Origin: Octopus vulgaris
Lineage: Eukaryota
Direction: 5' to 3'
Length of the DNA stretch: 64,000 nt
NCBI GenBank assembly: GCA_951406725.2
Contig: OX597816.1
Span: 75,082,001 to 75,146,000, forward strand
The position numbers and the translations under genes were made by a program. The notes below the pieces were generated by a model that ran no database searches, was not told the origin of the DNA, and saw nothing but the letters and a program-made list of their open reading frames with translations. Positions 1 to 12,058 of the stretch are shown here, piece after piece. How positions within the stretch are numbered: position 1 is the stretch's first letter; every line of letters starts with the position of its first letter.

Positions 1-1451
1 CCTGTTGTCTCTTGAGGTCTCTGGGTGAGACTTGGAGCCAACTTGTACAAATGTAAAGCAAAAGTCAAACATAGAATAATAATAATAAAGTAGATATGCA
101 TTTATCGACCGCTTGAATAGTTCCAAAGACCCCTGTTCTTTAACCATACAGCCACGCCTGTGTAAGTTGCGAGTTTGCTATTTTTAACAGGCCCAAGCAA
201 ACACGAGTAGCTTAATAAATATATCTAATTCTTGTGCTGCATGGGGGATACGAGCGATGGAGAGAGCAGGTAAACAAAATTTGAAAAACACGAATGTTTG
301 CATTTTTTTTCTTTTTATGTCGAATTACGTGTATAAAATTAACGAAAAATACCTTTAAAATTCAATTAAATGGTGACAGCTGTTCGAAAGACACGATGAA
401 AAGTGATGGGGTTACGAAGTTTGAAAAAACATGGATTTTTTTTTTTTTTTTGTCTTCTTCATGCAAATTAGTATGTAAGATATTATGATAAAGGAACGAA
501 AAATACTAGCCCACACCATGCCAAATACCATTTTATTTGTGACAGCTATTCTGAAAGTTCACCCACTTAAGTACTGGGGTCGATGAAACCGACTAACACT
601 CCCATTAACATTATTGGCGGTGAATTTTTAACAATTATTATTTGTACATTTTGTATTTTCAATTTTCAGCAGCATCGTTAAAAGCATTTAGCTGATTTAT
701 GAAGCTAATATTGTCGAAGAAACGGATAAAATTATTTTAATTTTCGGTATCTCCAATGTTCAAAACTTAGAAAACTAAAAAATAAAGTTGGAGGTTAGCG
801 CACGATTTCCCTATTTTTGAATTATTAATTATTTGCTTCGGTAATGCAAAAAAAAAAAGTTATTTTTTACCACTCCCTTCTTTTAGAATTACGCTGCTTA
901 ATTCAAAGATTACTAATTGACAACTACAAGTAGCATATATGGAAGTTGATTCAAGTCATTATACCAGGAAAACAAAACCATTATTGTTGTATAGCTCTAG
1001 CTTAAAAATAATAATAATAATAAAAGCTTGCTTAATGTTGCTCTATTTCTTGAACAGAAAAAGGGGGCAAAAATGTAAACATAATACATGCTTGACTGTC
1101 GTTCAGGAGGGAAAGTTTCTTATCGACGTGGTAGGGTTGACAGAAGGAATCTTTACCAAGTTTAAATAATTCAACAATGTAATGATAAACCCTACGATTA
1201 CAGATATCTCAGTCATGACCATCTCGCCTTATTTTATTCTATATTTCATGCATAATGTACATTTGGCAACGTAAGCCAATGTTGTCCTTTTCTTAAGACA
1301 GTAGAGTGATTCGACTGACATTTCTAGCGGAACAAACGACCATGCAAAAGCTTCCCAGCGGATTGTGGACTAACGTTAGCTTCCTCACATTGTGTCTCGT
1401 ACAAATCAACAAAATAAAAAAAAAAGAGAGAATGAAAATTGCAGTGTTTAC

Positions 1452-1525
1452 CATAAAAATCGTGTAGAGGGGCCAGAGGTGTCCATTCAGTTACTTGGGA
1501 CATTTTGTAATGTGTACGACTGTCC
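1452..1525 (-). other. Possible exon of an unidentified neighbouring gene (..MSQVTEWTPLAPLHDFY..)
   Basis: atag acceptor, GTAAAC donor, one open frame, unique sequence; no recognisable homology. Confidence 0.25.
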
Positions 1526-2300
1526 CTATATCATTTAAAACAGATTGAAGGTGTCTTGTATTTAGTATATCCACTGCGTAGGTGTGTATGTAGTTCAAAA
1601 CGTTATAGATGGGAGAATGCCGTTTTAAGCCCTCGTTTGTTTTATAAAGTTTCTTCAAGTAGTTTGAGTTAGAAGAATAAGTTTAGATAATAAGAAATAC
1701 ACGTAGATGCACATAGAGAGAAAGAGAGATACGAACACTATCTTGTTTAATTAAATGTAATTTTTAATTTCAGCTGCTATTGACACACCGAAAATGTCAT
1801 TGGCTCTGTGAAGAGAGAGGTGGATGGGATAAAAGTCAGTCATGACCAAATGCGAACTTGTTCGGCAAACCAGACGTAGTTAAGGGTGTGTATACACACA
1901 CATCTATATATCATATGCTTATAATTTATGTATGTGTGTACGTGCGCGCGTGTCTATGTATGCTTTGTGCGTGTATAATTATACGTATGTATCTATGACT
2001 AATTGTGTTTCAGTTAAAAAATAAATAAAATAAACCTCATTTTATGAGTCGTGAGCTTATTGGCGATTATTACCGACTTGTGCCGAATGATTTGTTTACG
2101 TTTCACTTTCAATATCTTTTTGTCTTTTACATGTTTCGGTCTTTGGACTATGGCCATGCTAGGGCACCGCCTTCAAGAGTTTTAGTCGAACGAATCGACT
2201 CCAGCATTCATTTTCTTAAGCTTGGTACTTATTCTATCAGTTTCTTTTGCCGAACCGCTAAATTGCGAGGACGCAAACACCGGTTGTCAAGCAACGGTGG

Positions 2301-2365
<65 letters not shown>

Positions 2366-2475
2366 ATTAAGTTGGCTATCCGCAATTTAAAAATCAAAAG
2401 GTAAAAATACAAACATCACTAAAGTGACTAAGTGTGCAAATCAGTACCAGCATATATATATATATCACCAGTTCA

Positions 2476-2725
2476 TCAGATGTTGCTACACATCGCTGGT
2501 CACAATGCGTTCGCATTGTTTTAGCCTTCGAATGACGCCACTCCGCTGGCTAAGCGAGCAGGCCAACAAGTGAGAGAAAGGGTGGTGAAAGAGTACAGCA
2601 GAGATCACCCCCTGCCGGAGCCTCGTGGAGCTTTTAGGTGTTTTCGCTCAATAAACACACACAACGCCCGGTCTGGGAATCGAAATCGCGAGTCCGCTGC
2701 CCTAACCACTGGGCCAGTGCGCCTC

Positions 2726-2727
<2 letters not shown>
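2476..2727 (-). mobile_element. tRNA-derived SINE, second family (also 35341-35642)
   Basis: Minus-strand head GGAGGCGCACTGGCCCAGTGGTTAGGGCAGCGG..TTCGATTCCC; two homologous copies in the window. Confidence 0.8.
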
Positions 2728-2774
<47 letters not shown>

Positions 2775-3671
2775 CAAATCCAGTCACCAGGCTTTGGTCA
2801 ACCAAGGTCTATAGTAGCAGGTACTTGCTCAATGTGCTATGCAGTAGGACTGAGCTTGGAGCTATGTGGTCGGGAAGCCAACTTCTTACCTTGCTGCCAC
2901 ACCTGTAGCCACGCCTCACCATCTTAAAAGTACAAAGTTGGAAATATCGAGGCATACATATAGATGCATGTATTCATATATGTTTCTACGCTCGCATGCA
3001 CACTCACATACTCTGTCAAAATATGTTAAGCATTCAAGAAGTTCAGCCATACATGTAATGACATCCATGCCTGCAATCATGTATCCTTGTGCACATATAT
3101 ATGCATATACGTGCATGCTTTGTTTGCTTATATGCACATGAGTATGCATGTATATATACGTATGTGTGTACATGCACACGCGCAACCAATTTAAATGAAA
3201 ATGTTGGTAAATTGTAGTAAATAGTGCGAAAAATCAGCATACACGTTTCCCAGGTTTTTAAACTGTAAGATTGAAGGTACATTCATGAGAACCAGTACAG
3301 AACAAAATAATTTGTAAACACACTAAAACCACAATTATTTTAGCACCTGCCTATAATGAGCAATATATACGAGAGGAGGATTTCTGAGTATTAGGTGTGC
3401 CTTAAACACGAAAAATATTGCGCGTTAATTGTGATTCAGATCTACTTTATGAGTTTGCTAACCTCATTTGTCAAAGTAGGACATGCAGATGTATATATCT
3501 TACTATGACAATTAGGATTAGGCCAACTTCTTTCATTTACATACAATTATATCTTAAACACTATTTATTGTCTATAAATGCCTGACACAATAAGCTAAAT
3601 ATTCCTCTATTTACTCCATGAGTGTCCCTTTTGTATACACAAACATGTTACTGAGTGGCTCTTATACTTAC

Positions 3672-3743
3672 CTTTATGTTTTCCTCTTTTACTGTGACGA
3701 ATGACTTGATGCCATCTCCTTCAAGCCGTAACCCACTTGGCAT
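3672..3743 (-). other. Possible exon or uORF of an unidentified neighbouring gene (MPSGLRLEGDGIKSFVTVKEENIK)
   Basis: AAAATG start and strong AAG|GTAAGT donor in unique sequence; phase does not join directly to 1452-1525. Confidence 0.25.
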
Positions 3744-4520
3744 TTTGATAAGCTGAAGTTGAATACTCTTTCCTCGGTGGCAGTTAAAGTGGAGAAGTAC
3801 AACTAAAAGATGACAAAGATCGGACATCTTGCACGCAACTCCATAAAACACCAATTCTATGGAACATTGCGTCACAATATTTGTGTCCTCTAGTACTCAT
3901 GTAGCAACTAATACTTCATCCCAAACATTGTGGGGAGTTGTCATCTGACAGTATTTTATAATCAAGAAACACATGCATATGAGATGCACCTCAATTTCAG
4001 CATCGCATATTCAAGAAAAGGTTTGTAGTGCATTAAAAGCATATAATATAGGCGTAGTATCACATACTGGACCAGGGACGTTTTCTTTGACATTCTTTTG
4101 GGAAGAAAAGTGTGTCTTATAGAAAGTTATAAAATAGACCATCAGGTACAGTATTCAAAAAGCATAATAAAATTTGAAAAACATATACAATAATCTGAAA
4201 CTTTATTTGTATAGAAGTGATTCGAAACCAAATCCCAGGATTTGTGGTCAGACATCACAAGCAAGCCACCATAGTTTCACGTGAGAGGTCTTTTAACCGA
4301 CCAATCAGCGTGAAGCGATCGCATGGACAGGTTTCTCTGAGATTCGGGAATTTGACTTCTGGTTCCCTATAAAAACCGTTCCATGCTTTTTTTTACCATC
4401 CCGACAACCTAAAACAGATGACAGGAACCGTTGCCACTACGAATATAGCACGGTTGTTTCCAGTAATGTGGGGCAAGCCGCATGTTGCCACATCAATAGC
4501 TTACCATAAACTCCAAGTAG

Positions 4521-4921
4521 TATCTTTTCGGTTGAACGGCAGTTTTTAACATAATTTCTAGTAAACTAAAAAATTTTAAACTTCGTATACTGGTAGAATG
4601 TGTTTATAAAACATCTTTTTATCTTGGCTTTATTGAGAAAATTCTATAGTTTGTAAGATATTTGGTTTTTTTCTTCAATTTCTGCATTTTCAACCAATCA
4701 CTGACGCCTATTGAGCTAAAAAAACATTCTGTGCCGTATGAATATGACCCTTGTTTAAAAAATAGATTGGGCTTATTTACATTTGTGAAGAAAAAAAGAT
4801 ACCCTTCCCCCCACCCCTAAAACAGATTGAAACGCAATAGATCGATACTAGGGTCATAATTATGGGTGACAATTTCATATGACACTGCTAGAAAAAACTG
4901 CCGTTCAAACCGAAAAGCTCC
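4521..4921. mobile_element. Non-autonomous TIR element (MITE family A), copy 1
   Basis: Ends ATCTTTTCGGTTGAACGGCAGTTTT and AAAACTGCCGTTCAAACCGAAAAG; highly similar to the copies at 5632 and 61887. Confidence 0.85.
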
Positions 4922-5631
4922 TCTCTCTCTCCTAGTATGTAATTATTGCTTTTGTTAGTTGTAAAAGGTCGACGCAGTCTGTCTTCATGTGCTATAATAA
5001 AACCTTCTGTTAAATGTTTGCGGGGTATTGTTCAGTTACTTCTTCACGCTGTCTAAGAAACATGTTTTCCTTCATCAATTCAACCACTCACCACCACAGA
5101 CCAGACCAACAACCCTTCAACACCTTCATTGTAGATTTAGTTTATACCACCCCATACCAAAAAAAAAAGACATCCCTACATCTGAGAGGATTTTCTTCGT
5201 CTTTTATATCATATCTTAGACGAGACATTCTACTTAAAATACAATATTAATTTAAGAAATTTATCCAAGAAATTTTCTGAGTAAATAATTCGATTCACTG
5301 TGTTGCAGATGAATTCATGTTTTTTTTTTAATTGGTGAAAGAAAGAACAGCCTGACATATAGTCGAGTAGTGGGAGGCATTTTTGAATCTGCTATATTAC
5401 TGACTAGGCTCCCGTGACTTAAGGGCTACCCCTGACAGCATACACTCTAGCTACATCACTGCTGACATAACAGCAAATATATATTTAAAATTTGAAAGGG
5501 CTGCTTTTTAATTTGGGATATTTATCATTACAAGATAATGAAAACAGTCTACAGTGTAGAAAAACCATATTAATTGCCCTCTCAAGGGTCAACCGTCTTG
5601 CTTGTATTTATATCACAAAAGCAACAAAACT

Positions 5632-6046
5632 GGGATCTTTTCAGTTTGAATGGCAGTTTTTTCTAGCGGTGTCATATGAAATTGTCACCCATAATTATGA
5701 CCATAGTATCGATCTATCGCATTTCAATCTGTTTTAGGGTTAGGGGTGGGGGGGAAGGGTATCTTTTTTTCTTCACAAATGTAAATAAACCCAATCTGTT
5801 TCTTAAACGAGGGACATATTCATACAGCACAGAATGTTTTTTTTACCTCAATAGACGTCAGTGATTGGTTGAAATTGCAGAAATTGAAGAAAAAAACAAC
5901 AAATATCTTACAAACTATAGAATTTTCTCAATAAAGCCAAGAGAAAAAGATGTTTTATAAACACATTCTACCAGTATACGAAGTTTAAATTTTTTTAGTT
6001 ACCTAGAAATTATGTTAAAAACTGCCGTTCAAACCGAAAAGATCCC
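5632..6046. mobile_element. MITE family A, copy 2 (inverted relative to copy 1)
   Basis: TIR GGGATCTTTTC...GAAAAGATCCC; flanks aaaact/caaact (6-bp TSD, 1 mismatch); internal TTAGGGTTAGGG. Confidence 0.88.
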
Positions 6047-7363
6047 CAAACTGTCTTTTGACTGACTTCGTTTTCCACTCATCAAAAAAGTACAACAGAT
6101 CAATGTCAAACTCACATCTCTCTTTAAATCTAGTTGAAGCAAAAAAATCAAAAACAAAAAAAAAATGCAATATTGTACTCGAGGACAGTACAAAATGGTT
6201 GCAAATGAGTCAAGAGACAGTATCAATCAATGATAAGTATTTTGTCGTTCACTTTGTGGGGTGCCACCAAAAGCAGCACTCCACACTGAGAACATTGAAA
6301 ATACCGTAGATAGCATTTCTAAAATGTGGGGAAAGATAGTGAATGCCAAAAATTCCAGAGTTATACCTGAAAATTGATAAGAGTGAATATACCTATACAC
6401 ACACATACGTACACTCATTCATACAATAACTATGCATATATATTTCTTTATTGCCCACAAGGGGCTAAACATAGAGGGGACAAACAAGGAGAGACAAAGG
6501 GATTAAGTCGATTACATCGACCCCAGTGCGAAACTGGTACTTAATTTATCAACTCCAAAAAGATGAAAGGCAAAGTCAACCTCAGCAGAATTTGAACTCA
6601 GAACGTAACGGTAGATGAAATACGGCTCACCGCCTTTTCATACAATAACTATGCATATATACCCATACTATGGATAATGACAATAAATGTGTATTGTATT
6701 TGAATATATTGAAAATGATAATAAAATATAATTAGAATACTAGTATCTTCTGGTATAAGGTATAATTGTGGGACAATGTATATTGATATATTTACTGATA
6801 TATGTCTTTTTTTCCTTGATACTTTTGCAAATTGTAAGCCTTTATTTTTATATAAAATAATGGGTGGGGAGAGAATGTCCAAACTTCGTATTTCTTTTAA
6901 TTATTTGCGTTCAAATCTCACTCCTTTACTTTTCAGATATTAACCAACACATGCACAAAGACTGTTGATTTCACTTAAACATTAATTATTTGGTGTGAGA
7001 ATGTTTGTTACACAAACCGCAACCTGGTCATTGACACGGATCCTCGACAACTGGTTTCAGGTGGGCCAACACCCTCACTTCCCACCCATTGCAGTGAACA
7101 TTCTGAAACCAAACAGTAAATATTTAAGTGAAGTTCAGTTTTTGTGTATTTTCCCTATTGTAATTGACTCAGCTTCAACACACAGTCTCATTAAAATTAT
7201 TCACTGCCTGGCAAGTACTATGTACACAAATATAATGTACGCATGTTTAGAATATGCTACAGAAACGAGTAGTAATATCCTAAACTATTCATTTAAATCC
7301 TTAAATATGTTTTAGCCCGAAGGCCGCGGCCATGCTGGGGCAATTCTCATTGCTATATATATA

Positions 7364-7766
7364 CCGTAAACCCTTGAGTATAATACGCACCCCTTCTCTA
7401 ACTTGAGTCAAGGAGGTCTATATAACATCCTTGGTTTGTAAAAATGTATACGGTAACGTCCTTTATTATTATTGTATATATAACATAATGCAAACGTGTA
7501 GCTTTTTTGTGCCTTTTGTTTGCAGAAAATAAAGAAATAACAGTAATGTTTAATAAATGTTGCTTACTGCAAGTCATGGATGATTTAAGGTATTTTCGCG
7601 CCCAACATTACAAAATGCGTCTGACTAAACATTGCCGGACAGCAAATAGAGACTAGGACATTGCTTAGAAAATAATTTTCATTTTTAACCTCGTATATAG
7701 TATGCACTAGGGAATTTGACCATTAAATTTTCAGAAAAAAATGCAGATTATACTGAGGATTTACGG
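7364..7766. mobile_element. Tc1/mariner-superfamily (pogo/Tigger-like) MITE
   Basis: TA-flanked imperfect TIRs CCGTAAACCCTTGAGTATAAT and ATTATACTGAGGATTTACGG. Confidence 0.7.
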
Positions 7767-7978
7767 TATATATATATCATCATCATCATCATCATTTAGC
7801 GTCCGCTTTCGATACTGGCATGGGTTAGACGTTTTGGCAGGAACTGGTAAAGCAGAGAGCTGTACAAGGTTCCAGTCTGATTTTGGTTTGGTTTCTATGG
7901 CTGGATGCATACACCTACATATACACAAATGAATACTCACATGTGGCTGATACACACCCACATCCAATGTGTACACAT

Positions 7979-8392
7979 GGAGTAGGAGTGGCTATGTGGC
8001 AAGTAGCTTGTTTACCAACCACATGGTTCTGGGTTCAGTCCCACTGCATGGCACCTTGGGCAAGTGTCTTCAACTATAGCTTTCGGGCCGACCAAAGCCA
8101 TGTGAGTGGATTTGGTAGACAGAAACTGAAAGAAGCCTGTCGTGTATATATATATATATATATATATGTATATGTGTGTGTATATGTTTGTGTGTCTATG
8201 TTTGTCCCCCCAACATTGCTTGACAACCAATGCTGGTATGTTTACATCTCTGTAACATAGCAGTTCAGCAAAAGAGGTCAATAGAATAAGTAGTAGGCTT
8301 ACAAACAATAAGTCCTGGAGTTTATTTGCTCAACTAAAGGTAGTGCTCCAGCATGGCCACAGTCAAATGACAAACAGGTAAAAGAGTAAAAG
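7979..8392 (+). mobile_element. tRNA-derived CORE-like composite SINE with internal (TA)n, full-length copy
   Basis: Pol III A/B-box-like head, CACCTTGGGCAAGTGTCTT CORE-like segment. Partial copies near 2113, 2770, 21421, 21715, 23210, 24985, 32890, 33520, 34065, 55255 and 59085. Confidence 0.8.
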
Positions 8393-8719
8393 AATGAAGT
8401 CAAAGTGTAATTTTGGATAAAATTTAATGTCAAATATAAAGATATAAAGAGAAAAAAAAATGATTTTGAAAAAAAAAAAACTTTTTGAGAGAAAACTAAA
8501 GCAAGTATGAGAAAAAAAATTAGAAAGAAAATTAGGTGGATTTAAAAATGATTAAACTAAACAGATCTGTTGGCAGGTGTCATATAAAAAATAAATTTTA
8601 CTACAAATTTGTGAATGATATAACCAGTAACCAGAGACAAACTAAAGGACAAAAATTACTAAAATCAGTTGAACAAATGAGGCAACTAAGAAATATATTA
8701 CTGATCATGATGATGGGGA

Positions 8720-10920
8720 TGATAATGATTCTAACACAGGCACAAGCCAGAAATTTTGGCAGGGAAGGAACAAGTCAATTATATCAACCCCAAGATGAAA
8801 AGATAAAGTTAACCATAGCTAGATCTCAACTCAGAATGTAAAAATTAGGAACAAATACTGCAAGGTATTTTTGTCTGATGCTTTCATAATTTTGCTGATC
8901 CATTGTTCTGGTATCCTTACATTGGCACAAAGCCTAAAATTTATAGAGAGAGAGAGAAGTGGTATTGTTGATACAGACAGACCCCAGTACACTGCTGGTA
9001 CTTATTAACCACAGAAGGATGAACAACTGAGTCAGCCTCAGCAATTAATACATCAATTTTTAACATAGACACAAACCCCTAATTTTGAGGAAGGATAACA
9101 GATGATGAAACCAATCCCCACTACATGACTGCTACTTTTTTATCAACCCACCCTTGGAAGAATGAATGGCGAAGTCAGCCCCTAATAGGATTTAAATTCA
9201 GAACAAAAAATGATGTAACTAAATATTGCTTGACATTTGGCCTTGTGCTCCACTGATTTGGCTATCCACCACTCTTGTAATGGAACAAAGCGAATTTTTG
9301 GAAAAGAAGGTTTACTGCTAAGCATTATTGATGAAATGCCTATCTATGCAAAGAGTTGAGTCTAAATACCAAAAGGTGTTTACTTCAATGTTCAACTGTT
9401 CCAGCTACCTCAAACCAAAGTCATCATTCACATTTGAGAACAGCCTGGTAAAATGTACCTGCTTTCGCTGGTCTAAATAGTGACAAGTAGAGTTAGACAC
9501 CCTCTTGACTTGGTAGAATGTCAAGGATGTGACAGATGGAGGGAGAGAGGGAGGTACCAGTTGTGTGTTGGTACTCATTTTCAACCGAGGAGACTAGAGC
9601 AATGTGAAAAGAAATCTTTGCTCAAGGATATAATGTGCTGACTGGCCTAGGAATTGAACTCACAACCTTCTTAATCATCAGCCAAACACACTAACTATTA
9701 GGCCACACACTGCCTAGATAATAATCCTTTCTAACATTGGCACAAGGTCACAAAATTTTATGGAGGGGTTCAGTTGATAAAATTGACCCTGGAAGGATGA
9801 AAGGTGAAGTTGAACTTGGCGGGATTTGAAATCAGAATGTAAAGGACACAACTAAATACCAAAAGCATTTTGTATGACACACACACAATTCTGCCAATCC
9901 ACTACCAATTTTAATAACAATTGTTTCTAATATAGGCACAATGCCAGAAATTTTGGAAGGAACGAACAGTCAGCATTGACCCTAGCAACTGACTGGCAAT
10001 TTAATTTTATCAACCTCAGAAGGACAAAAAGGCAAAGTTGCCCTTAATGGAATTTGAGCTCATAACATAACAAGCTAGAACAAAATAGTGCAAGGCAGTC
10101 TGTGTAATGTCCTAAATCAGGCCAGGGCAATTTTTTTGAGAAGCAGGCCACATGAAACATGACTAAAAAAATTCAAGGTAATTTTTCATTAGGTGTAATA
10201 TTCAGAAAGTCCCATGAGGCGTATTTTGCCCAAGACTGACTTAAATAATCCACTGATATTTTAATAATAAAAACAAATGTTTCAAAACAGACACAAGTCC
10301 AGGTATTCAAAGGGAAGGGAATGGTTGATTATATTGACTTCAGGATGTAAAGAGCCAGTTAAAATACCACAAGGTATTCTACTCTTTAGTTTACAAAAAT
10401 TCTACTTCCTCTTGGCATCTTTTACCACTAGCACTGCAACTGCAATATATGTTCCTATGTTCTAGCTAGCTGCCATTTTAATAAGAAAATATATTGGCGG
10501 AGGGATGTAGTCAATTTACATGAATCTCACACCCAATAATCTGACTGGTATTTATTTTATATCAAAAGGAGTGAAAGGTAAAGTTGACCTCAGCAGAACT
10601 TGAACCCAAAACATTAGAATATAACTAAACACTGCAAATCATGTAGTCTGTTACTTCATTATTCTATCAAATCAAACAATCCTTCTTAATAATAATAATA
10701 ATCATTTCTACTACAGGCACAAGGCCTGAAATGGGGGGGGGGGATTAGCCGATTGCATCAACCTTGAAAGGATAGAAGGCTAAGTCGACCTCGGTGGAAT
10801 TTTGAACTCAGAACATAAAGAGGGACAAAATGTTGCTAAGCATTTTGTCTGGCGTGCTACTTGACTGATACTTTATTTTACTGACCCTGGAAGAACAAAA
10901 GGCAAAGTCAACTTATGTGA
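8720..10920 (-). repeat. Cluster of decayed Meta-like SINE copies
   Basis: Repeated GCACAAG../GAAAGGCAAAGT../GAATTTGAACTCAGAA blocks, same orientation. Confidence 0.75.
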
Positions 10921-10934
10921 GATTTACAAATAAG

Positions 10935-10940
10935 TTTATT
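10935..10940 (-). terminator. Candidate NCBP1 polyadenylation signal (AATAAA)
   Basis: First AATAAA I found on the minus strand after the stop. The ~1 kb in between is SINE-free and dense SINE clusters start right after. Confidence 0.5.
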
Positions 10941-11944
10941 TTGCCTAGACACAAGGCTAATTTCATAAGCAGAAGATAAAGTAAGGAGAATTAACCCAAA
11001 TATCTTATTGATACATGTGACACTCAGACTTTTCCCTTTAACCAAAAAAGGTTACCAACAAGAATTCTGAAGTCTGTCATACATTCAGTTTACCAAGAAC
11101 TCTCTGCAGTATCAGTGTATACATCAGTAATCATAATTTGTTTGATACAAGTGCAACTGTCAGACATTACAGATTAGCAGTTTTCTAAATATTGTGTGTG
11201 AATGTATACTTCTAGAAATTAACTAAGAACAAAAATAACAATGTGTTGACAATGATTTAAAAATCAGGCTAAGAACCGAAAACATACTCAAAACAGTAAG
11301 ACTGCCAGTGAAATATGAACAACAAAACACACCCAGGAGTAGTTCATCTAAAATTAATATCTGGTTTATCTAAAACCAATAAAATTAAAATAATAGCCAA
11401 GATGGTGAAGCAGGTAGATAGTCAGTTGATCAGGAAATTTGTTCAAAATTATATCAGTTCTGTTCTGGACTAAGCTTACAGCTTTAAAAATAATTATTTA
11501 TATTTGTATTAAAAATTATAATGAACAATTCAGAAAGATGAAGCAATGATAAAATAACTCTTTAAACCTATCTGGCTTTCTTTTTTGAGGTTGATCTTTT
11601 TTTCATTTTAAATAGAAATAGTTCAAGATTGTTTAAACTGTAGGACAAAATCAAACTGTAGCAAACTGTAGGACAAACTAAACAGCAGCACAAATTATTC
11701 ACTGTGAAAACTCTGAAGGTGGAAGAGAAACATCAAAAGGATGTCTGCAGGAGAAACAGAGGACAAACTGAACTATAAGATACTTCCCACTTCCTTGGGA
11801 AGCAACGGAAGAAGGAGGAGGAGAGAGAGAGAAAAAAAAAAACTATAATGGAAATAATGAGGATGAAGGTGGTATCATCTAAGGACTAAACCTTGTTGAA
11901 CAAGATAATCTGGAAGTTCTAATTATGAACATGGTGGAACTGTC

Positions 11945-12058
11945 CTAAGAACGAAGTGCACAGAACTGTTGGAATATTTCCAGAATGTGTACGTCAATGT
12001 CACTGGTGAACAGCAGATTCTCAAGCGTACTAATATAGGTGAACACCAATTCATGATG
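11945..12058 (-). CDS. NCBP1: NCBP1 last coding exon 24 ([37 protein letters not shown])
   Basis: tttcag acceptor, TAG at 11947-11945, 114 nt. Confidence 0.95.
   Translation of the reverse strand, partial: HHELVFTYISTLENLLFTSDIDVHILEIFQQFCALRS

Noticed and set aside
1760-1850. + strand acceptor-like site and short frame as last exon of a convergent gene
   Set aside because: No recognisable product and no linked upstream exon
2650-2727. tRNA-like sequence (also other A/B-box heads)
   Set aside because: Continues into repeated SINE bodies; no complete cloverleaf
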